A stretch of 64,000 nt of DNA, from positions 2,243-66,242 of the forward strand of contig CAVKJG010000003.1 in NCBI GenBank assembly GCA_963656825.1, written 5' to 3'. How positions within the stretch are numbered: position 1 is the first letter of the stretch; every line of letters begins with the position of its first letter. Position numbers and translations under genes: made by a program. The DNA is from Sphaerochaetaceae bacterium. GTDB lineage: Bacteria > Bacillota > Clostridia > Oscillospirales > CAG-272. The notes under the pieces are model-generated. The model did no database searches. It was not told where the DNA came from and saw only the letters and a program-made list of their open reading frames with translations. This document shows, piece after piece, positions 29,980 to 36,338 of this stretch.

Positions 29980-31575
29980 ATGTATTCGGAAAAATTTCAG
30001 AAATCGCTTGCTGCCGTAGAAGAGGCAAGAGAAGCAAACATAGCGTATGAACCCGCCCGTATGACCGCAAAGGAAAAGGATGAGCTGCTTGCGGCATATC
30101 ATCCCGACTATAAAAAAAGCGAGTTTGCAACGCTTAAAATCGGAGCAAACAAGGGCGAGGATGTTCCCCACGAGCTTTGCGAAATGCTTCAGGCTCACAG
30201 CCGCATTTCAGCCTCCGACGTTGACCTTTCGGACGTAACGTATGACGTTGACGTTCTTATAATCGGCGGCGGCGGCGCAGGCGCTTCTGCGGCTATCGAA
30301 GCCGATAATGTCGGCGCAAAGACAATGATAGTTACAAAGCTCCGCATAGGCGACGCAAACACAATGATGGCTGAGGGCGGAATTCAGGCGGCTGACAAGC
30401 CCGGAGATTCTCCTGCCATACATTTTCTTGACGCTTTCGGCGGCGGTCACTTTGCCGCAAAAAGAGAGCTTCTCGAAAAGCTCGTCTGCGACGCTCCCGA
30501 GGCTATTCAGTGGCTCAACAACCTCGGCGTTGAGTTCGACAAGGCTCCCGACGGCACAATGATAACGACTCACGGCGGCGGTACGTCGCGCAAGCGTATG
30601 CACGCCGCAAAGGACTATTCCGGCGCGGAAATAATGAGAACGCTTCGTGACGAGGTTCTCAATCGCGGAATACCCGTTGTCGATTTTACCTCGGCAATTG
30701 AGCTTATTCTCGACGAAAACGGCAAGGCTGCCGGTGCGGTTCTTATGAATATGGAAACAAAAGAGCTTATGGTCGCAAGAGCAAAAACAGTTATCATTGC
30801 GACAGGCGGCGCAGGACGTATGCACTATCAGGGCTTCCCCACGTCAAACCATTACGGCGCGACGGCGGACGGCCTTGTTCTCGGCTACAGAGTCGGCGCA
30901 AAGCTGCTCTATGCCGATACGCTTCAGTATCACCCGACGGGCGCGGCGTTTCCTCAGCAGATATTCGGCGCGCTTGTAACGGAAAAGGTTCGTTCGCTCG
31001 GCGCAAAGCTCGTAAACCGCGACGGTAAAGTATTTATGCATCCGCTTGAAACGCGCGACGTTGCGGCGGCGTCGATAATAAGAGAATGCTCCGACCGCGA
31101 CGAAGGCATTGATACCGGCAACGGCAAAGCCGTATGGCTCGATACGCCGATGATTGAAAAAATCGGCGGAAAGGGCACAATCGAACGCAGAATCCCCGCG
31201 ATGATGCGTATGTTCGGTAGCTACGGCATCGACATAAGAAAAGAGCCTATCCTCGTTTATCCGACGCTCCATTATCAGAACGGCGGACTTGACATTGACG
31301 CAAGCGGTATGACGACAAACGTTGAAAACCTCTTCGTCGCAGGCGAGGCTGTCGGCGGAATTCACGGCAGAAATCGTCTGATGGGCAATTCTCTGCTCGA
31401 TATAATCGTTTTCGGAAGAAGCGCCGGAAGAAACGCCGCCGAAAAGTCAAAGGACGTAAAGGTCGGCACGCTCACGCTTGACCATATCGCAAAATTCGAC
31501 GCGGAGCGCGAGGCGGCAGGTATCGTTACGGACGCCGTTTCACCCAAGCTCCTGCCCGATTACAGAAGAAAATAA
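29980..31575 (+). CDS. soluble fumarate reductase/succinate dehydrogenase/L-aspartate oxidase-family flavoprotein (FrdA/TfrA-like)
   Basis: 531 aa. FAD fold VLIIGGGGAGASAAIEA begins about 100 aa in. Also has MAEGGIQAA (no His for covalent FAD), YHPTG and GIHGRNRLMGNSLLDIIVFG. Confidence 0.75.
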   Translation: MYSEKFQKSLAAVEEAREANIAYEPARMTAKEKDELLAAYHPDYKKSEFATLKIGANKGEDVPHELCEMLQAHSRISASDVDLSDVTYDVDVLIIGGGGAGASAAIEADNVGAKTMIVTKLRIGDANTMMAEGGIQAADKPGDSPAIHFLDAFGGGHFAAKRELLEKLVCDAPEAIQWLNNLGVEFDKAPDGTMITTHGGGTSRKRMHAAKDYSGAEIMRTLRDEVLNRGIPVVDFTSAIELILDENGKAAGAVLMNMETKELMVARAKTVIIATGGAGRMHYQGFPTSNHYGATADGLVLGYRVGAKLLYADTLQYHPTGAAFPQQIFGALVTEKVRSLGAKLVNRDGKVFMHPLETRDVAAASIIRECSDRDEGIDTGNGKAVWLDTPMIEKIGGKGTIERRIPAMMRMFGSYGIDIRKEPILVYPTLHYQNGGLDIDASGMTTNVENLFVAGEAVGGIHGRNRLMGNSLLDIIVFGRSAGRNAAEKSKDVKVGTLTLDHIAKFDAEREAAGIVTDAVSPKLLPDYRRK

Positions 31576-31601
31576 TTTACAAAAAAGGCGGTTAACTCAA
31601 A

Positions 31602-31928
31602 ATGAATATTACTGATCTGCTCGAAGCTTTAACTATATTCTGCTTTGGTCTTTCATGGCCGATATCAATAAGAAAATCGTGGACATCACGCACGGCGAAA
31701 GGCAAAAGTCTTTTCTTTGAGATATTCCTTCTCATAGGCTATGCCTGCGGTATTGCAAGAAAGATAATACAGACAGTCGACGGAAGCTCCGGTTTCCTTT
31801 TCTGGCTCAGCTTTTTCTTCTATGTGCTCAACTTCATTGAAATTTCAATCGACGTTGCGCTCTATTTCAGAAACAAAAAGCTCGACGAAGAAGCCGATCT
31901 TCTTGCGGCAGAAAACAAGAAAGCATAA
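31602..31928 (+). CDS. small 3-TM membrane protein (PQ-loop/SemiSWEET-like topology possible), last gene of the operon
   Basis: 108 aa with three hydrophobic helices. Sits 26 nt after the frdA-like gene and before the terminator. No family confidently recognised. Confidence 0.45.
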   Translation: MNITDLLEALTIFCFGLSWPISIRKSWTSRTAKGKSLFFEIFLLIGYACGIARKIIQTVDGSSGFLFWLSFFFYVLNFIEISIDVALYFRNKKLDEEADLLAAENKKA

Positions 31929-31936
31929 GACAAAAA

Positions 31937-31974
31937 AACTCCGACAGTGTAAACGCTGTCGGAGTTTTTGTTTT
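31937..31974. terminator. intrinsic terminator (bidirectional) closing the hdr-flx-frd operon
   Basis: Stem AACTCCGACAG / CTGTCGGAGTT (31937-31947 / 31956-31966) with a T-run; an A-run lies upstream. Confidence 0.7.
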
Positions 31975-31992
31975 ACTTATGAAAATCGTCTT

Positions 31993-32664
31993 TTATGCCG
32001 TCTTTTTCTTTTTGAAAACACCCTTGTAAATTATCGCCCACCAGATGAACCCGAGAGGAATCGCTACGAAAATATCAAGTATGGAATGCTGCTTTACAAA
32101 CACCGTTGACATACATATAAGCACACCCAATATTATCGAAAGCGCGACAAGCCACTTGCGGTTTTTAAGCGATTTGCAGTCAAGCACGGCAAAATCTATC
32201 GCCATCGCACCGAAAACGTGCGCGCTCGGCAAGACGTTTGTATATGTATCGGCGGTGTAAATACGCTTCATCGCAAAACAGAAAATGTTTTCTTCACCCG
32301 TTATATCGGGGCGCATATCCTGATAATTGGGAAACACCGCGCAGATTATTATCATCGTAAAGAATGTAGCGCCGATGTATATCATATATTTTTTGAAGCC
32401 CTCGGCGTCGCGGAACATAAGATATATGCCTATTGCGGCAAGCGCGGGATACCAAAGATAATAAGCTATCGCAAAATATTCGCAAAAAGGTATCATATCG
32501 TCAAGCGGTATATGCGAAAGGAACATTTTGTCTGCGGGAAAATCGTTTGAGATTATTTTTTCAAGAATAAAAAAGGCTATGAGATAAGCCGGAAAAATGA
32601 GCGTATACCAAAGGTGCTTATAATATTTGTTTTTTATGGGGTGGGAATTTATTTCATCTGTCAT
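31993..32664 (-). CDS. PAP2-superfamily phosphatase / membrane protein
   Basis: 223 aa, polytopic. PAP2-like motif region (PSAHVFGAMAI ... MSTVFVKQHSILD). Confidence 0.6.
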   Translation of the reverse strand: MTDEINSHPIKNKYYKHLWYTLIFPAYLIAFFILEKIISNDFPADKMFLSHIPLDDMIPFCEYFAIAYYLWYPALAAIGIYLMFRDAEGFKKYMIYIGATFFTMIIICAVFPNYQDMRPDITGEENIFCFAMKRIYTADTYTNVLPSAHVFGAMAIDFAVLDCKSLKNRKWLVALSIILGVLICMSTVFVKQHSILDIFVAIPLGFIWWAIIYKGVFKKKKTA

Positions 32665-32800
32665 AATCTGCCTCCTTGATTTGCCACGCTATAAGAATAT
32701 CATATTTCGGGGCATGATGTCAATAGACGATTTTTTTATTTTGTATTGTAAAACTGCACAATTTATGATATTATAATCTTTGAAAGGAAGGTGAAAACCG

Positions 32801-34432
32801 TTGAAAATCACATTTATAGGTGCGGCGCACGAAGTAACAGGCTCCTGCACGCTTGTCGAAGCTGCGGGAAAAAAGTTCCTTGTAGACTGCGGCATGGAGC
32901 AGGGTCCCGATATATATGAAAATCGCGAGCTTACCGTTTCGCCCGCCGATATCGACTTTGTGTTTCTCACTCACGCTCATATAGACCATTCGGGTAAGCT
33001 TCCGCTTCTTGTAAAGAACGGCTTTCACGGAAAAATATATTCGACCGACGCAACGCGCAGACTTTGCTCTGTAATGCTTGCGGATTCGGCGCACATTCAG
33101 ACGTCGGATGCCGAATGGAAAAACCGTCGTGCGTCGCGCTCGGGCGGTGCGGAATACGAACCGCTATATACGCAAAAGGACGTAGATTCCACAATGGCTC
33201 TGTTTGAGTCGTTCGGATACGGAATGGAGTTCTTCATCGCCGACGGAATAGTGGCAAGCTTTTTCGATTCGGGTCACCTTCTCGGCTCGGCGTCGATAAA
33301 ATTTCGTCTTACGGAAGGCAAGCGCGAATGCACCGTCATCTTCTCCGGAGATATCGGAAACTCGGAAAGACCGCTTCTCCGCGATCCGCAGATGCCGGAC
33401 GAAGCCGACGTCGTTATAATAGAATCCACCTACGGCGACAGAACTCATGACCAAAAACGTCCCGACTACGAACAAAAGCTTATTCAGCTGATAACCGAAA
33501 CCTTCGATAAGGGCGGAAACCTTGTTATTCCGTCGTTTGCGGTAGGCAGAACGCAGGAGCTTTTATATATGCTCCGTAATATAAAAGAGCGCAAAGCCGT
33601 AAATTACGATTTCCCCGTGTATCTCGACAGCCCGCTTGCGATCGAAGCGACAAAAATATACGCTTCGCCCGATATGCAGGAATATTACGACGACGAAACT
33701 CTCGCCCTTCTCGCCAAGGATATAAACCCCATAACCTTTGAAGGTCTTCACCTGAGCGTGACGACGGAGGATTCAAAAGCCATAAATTCCGACCCCGCTC
33801 CGAAGGTCATAATCGCCTCGTCCGGAATGTGCGAAGCCGGCAGAATACGTCATCATCTGAAGCATAATCTGTGGCGTCCCGAATGTACCGTGCTTTTCAT
33901 AGGCTATCAGGTAGAAGGCACGCTCGGACGCAGGCTTCTTAACGGAGAAAAATTCGTAAATCTTTTCGGCGAGGATGTAAAGGTTGCGGCAAAGATCGAC
34001 AGGCTTGACGGTATCTCCGCCCACGCCGACAAGGACGGACTTCTTGCGTGGCTCGGCGCAATGGAAAAACGTCCGCGCCGCGTTTATGTAAATCACGGCG
34101 ATGACACAGCCTGCGAGGTGCTTTCCAAAGCAATAAACGCAAAGCTGCTTATTAAAGCGCTTGCGCCCTTCAGCGGCGGCACATACGACCTTGTAACCGA
34201 CATATGCTCTGATCCCGGGAATATCCGCGCGCGCGCAAAGCGTCAGTCGCCGAAAGGCAAGAGCAATGCCTCGGTAGCATGGACAAAGCTTTTCGCCGCC
34301 GGAGTAAGACTCTCCTCGATAATTGAAAAAATGCGCGGCAAAAACAGCAAGGATATAGCAAAGCTTACAAGTCAGATAAACTCTCTGTGCGGAAAATGGG
34401 AAAAAACCGTGAAAACCCGCAAAAATAAATGA
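32801..34432 (+). CDS. MBL-fold beta-CASP ribonuclease-like hydrolase
   Basis: 543 aa from a TTG start with an AGGAAGGTG RBS. Metallo-beta-lactamase motif THAHIDHSG. Beta-CASP-like middle part (ESTYGDR...; SAHAD). Basic C-terminal extension. Confidence 0.7.
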   Translation: MKITFIGAAHEVTGSCTLVEAAGKKFLVDCGMEQGPDIYENRELTVSPADIDFVFLTHAHIDHSGKLPLLVKNGFHGKIYSTDATRRLCSVMLADSAHIQTSDAEWKNRRASRSGGAEYEPLYTQKDVDSTMALFESFGYGMEFFIADGIVASFFDSGHLLGSASIKFRLTEGKRECTVIFSGDIGNSERPLLRDPQMPDEADVVIIESTYGDRTHDQKRPDYEQKLIQLITETFDKGGNLVIPSFAVGRTQELLYMLRNIKERKAVNYDFPVYLDSPLAIEATKIYASPDMQEYYDDETLALLAKDINPITFEGLHLSVTTEDSKAINSDPAPKVIIASSGMCEAGRIRHHLKHNLWRPECTVLFIGYQVEGTLGRRLLNGEKFVNLFGEDVKVAAKIDRLDGISAHADKDGLLAWLGAMEKRPRRVYVNHGDDTACEVLSKAINAKLLIKALAPFSGGTYDLVTDICSDPGNIRARAKRQSPKGKSNASVAWTKLFAAGVRLSSIIEKMRGKNSKDIAKLTSQINSLCGKWEKTVKTRKNK

Positions 34433-34441
34433 AAGCATAAG

Positions 34442-34468
34442 AAAATCCCGCAAAAATGCGGGATTTTC
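34442..34468 (+). terminator. intrinsic terminator
   Basis: Stem ATCCCGCA / TGCGGGAT (34445-34452 / 34457-34464) followed by TTTT. Confidence 0.65.
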
Positions 34469-34492
34469 GGCTTATTTGCAATCACATTCCTA

Positions 34493-34522
34493 TTGACAGC
34501 GTATATATATATATGGTATAAT
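34493..34522 (+). promoter_or_regulatory. sigma-A-type promoter (extended -10) for the CNNM/CorC-family gene
   Basis: TTGACA (34493-34498), 18-nt spacer, TGgTATAAT (34514-34522). Confidence 0.6.
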
Positions 34523-34718
34523 ACATTTAATTACAGTAGTTGAAAGGATTTTTCAAGTGGAAAGCAGTACGGGCGACAGTCCTTACCGAAGTACATATTC
34601 GGAATACAGATAATATCGGCATAACCCGCTTATTTTTGAGGCTGACGGGCTATGCTTTTTTGCGTTTTACTTGAAATTCATATAATAATTTTATTTTTTC
34701 CGGAGGAAAACATTTCTT
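34523..34718 (+). promoter_or_regulatory. ~190-nt 5' leader with an internal terminator-like hairpin (candidate riboswitch/attenuator, class not recognised)
   Basis: Hairpin GGCATAACCCG / CGGGCTATGC (34618-34628 / 34646-34655, one A.C mismatch) followed by TTTTTT (34656-34661). It lies about 60 nt before the RBS and ATG at 34719. Confidence 0.4.
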
Positions 34719-36149
34719 ATGGCAGACCCTTATCCCTTATCTGAGTTGATAACACCTATGGCTATCGACGCTTCCGCCGCCGCAACGGACGGAAGCACAA
34801 ACACACTTATTTTACAGATACTTTTTCAGGTACTTCTGATATTCCTGAACGCCGTATTTGCCTGCGCCGAGATCGCCGTGATTTCAATGAACGGCACAAA
34901 GCTCGATCAGCTTGTGGCAAAGGGCAATAAAAGAGCAAAAAAGCTTGCAAAGCTCACAGATCAACCCGCAAAGTTTCTTTCCACCATTCAGGTTGCAATA
35001 ACTCTTGCCGGATTTCTCGGAAGCGCTTTTGCGGCAGACAACTTTGCGCATTATATAGTAAAATGGCTCTATAAGCCGGACGGTTATTTTTCGGAAAGCT
35101 TTATAAATTCCGTATCGGTCATAGTAGTAACGCTTATACTTTCATACTTCACGCTGATTTTCGGCGAGCTTGTTCCGAAAAGAGTGGCAATGAAAAAAAC
35201 AGAACAGCTTGCGCTCGGTATGGCGGGAATGCTGCGTTTCGTTTCGATAATATTCGCGCCGATAGTATGGCTGCTTACCGTTTCGACAAACGGCGTGCTC
35301 AGACTTCTCGGCATTGATCCCAATGCAAAGGACGACGAAGTGACCGAAGAAGAAATTCGTATGATGGTTGACGCCGGAAGCGAAAAGGGCGCGATAGACG
35401 TCGAGGAAAAAGAGCTTATTCAGAACGTTTTTGAGTTTGACGATCTTACCGCAGACGAAATAGCGACTCACCGCACGGAGATTTCGCTTCTCTGGATGGA
35501 TGAAACGCCTGAGGAATGGGAGGAAACCATTCACGAAAGCCGTCACACAAATTTTCCGATATGCGAAGAAAGCGTGGACAACGTGATAGGCGTTCTCAAC
35601 GCAAAGGATTATTTCCGTCTTACCGATAAAAGCCGTGAAAACGTGCTGAAAGAAGCCGTAAAGCCCGCATATCTCGTTCCCGAAGCCGTAAAAGCCGATG
35701 TCCTTTTCAAGAATATGAAAAAGACGCACAACTATTTTGCCGTTGTTCTTGATGAATACGGCGGCATGAGCGGCATCGTAACAATGACAGACCTTATAGA
35801 ATGTATCGTCGGCGATCTTGAAGAAAACAATGAAATAAACAAAGAGCCGGAAAAAGAGATCGAGCCTATCGACTCAAAAACGTGGAAAATCAGCGGAAGT
35901 GCGCCGATAGACGACGTTATAGAAGCGCTCGGCATAACGCTTGAAGAAGAAAGCGATTGCGATACCTTCGGCGGTTATGTAATGGGCATAATCGGAACGA
36001 TACCCGAGGACGGCACGACATTGACAGCCGAAACCGAGCATCTTTCAATAAAGGTTACCGAAATAAAAGAGCACAGAATAGAAAAAACCGTGGTTTGCCT
36101 GCTCGATCCCCCCACGGACGAAAACGGCAGCGACAAGGATAAAGAATAA
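34719..36149 (+). CDS. CNNM/CorC/TlyC ('hemolysin') family protein: DUF21 TM domain, CBS pair, CorC_HlyC domain
   Basis: 476 aa. N-terminal TM region, a CBS pair (TPEEWEETIHESRHTNFPICEE..., NYFAVVLDEYGGMSGIVTMTDLIE) and a C-terminal transporter-associated domain (FGGYVMG...). Confidence 0.75.
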   Translation: MADPYPLSELITPMAIDASAAATDGSTNTLILQILFQVLLIFLNAVFACAEIAVISMNGTKLDQLVAKGNKRAKKLAKLTDQPAKFLSTIQVAITLAGFLGSAFAADNFAHYIVKWLYKPDGYFSESFINSVSVIVVTLILSYFTLIFGELVPKRVAMKKTEQLALGMAGMLRFVSIIFAPIVWLLTVSTNGVLRLLGIDPNAKDDEVTEEEIRMMVDAGSEKGAIDVEEKELIQNVFEFDDLTADEIATHRTEISLLWMDETPEEWEETIHESRHTNFPICEESVDNVIGVLNAKDYFRLTDKSRENVLKEAVKPAYLVPEAVKADVLFKNMKKTHNYFAVVLDEYGGMSGIVTMTDLIECIVGDLEENNEINKEPEKEIEPIDSKTWKISGSAPIDDVIEALGITLEEESDCDTFGGYVMGIIGTIPEDGTTLTAETEHLSIKVTEIKEHRIEKTVVCLLDPPTDENGSDKDKE

Positions 36150-36157
36150 ATAAAAAA

Positions 36158-36186
36158 ATTCCTGCCGGAATGGGCAGGAATTTTTT
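36158..36186 (+). terminator. intrinsic terminator after the CNNM gene
   Basis: Stem AATTCCTGCC / GGCAGGAATT followed by TTTT. Confidence 0.7.
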
Positions 36187-36220
36187 ATGTCCTGACCTGA
36201 TGAATAAGTTTGCAATTACA

Positions 36221-36285
36221 AAAAACCCCGCTGACAGCGGGGTTTTTGTACCAAGAGAAAACGGCCGGAACAATGTTCCGACCGT
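36221..36285 (-). terminator. two tandem hairpin terminators downstream of the minus-strand surface-protein operon
   Basis: AAAAACCCCGCTGACAGCGGGGTTTTT (36221-36247) and ACGGCCGGAACAATGTTCCGACCGT (36261-36285). Both are followed by T-rich tracts on the minus strand. Confidence 0.6.
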
Positions 36286-36338
36286 CTCTCTAAGTGTGGT
36301 ATAGGAGTTAATTTTAACGCTGTTGTTGCGTTTAATGA

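Noticed and set aside
29980-31575. Flavoprotein as L-aspartate oxidase (nadB)
   Set aside because: Sequence alone cannot fully exclude it. However, it directly follows a FrdB-like Fe-S subunit in an operon with fumarase and an MDH-type enzyme, and no nadA or nadC is nearby. A fumarate reductase role is favoured.
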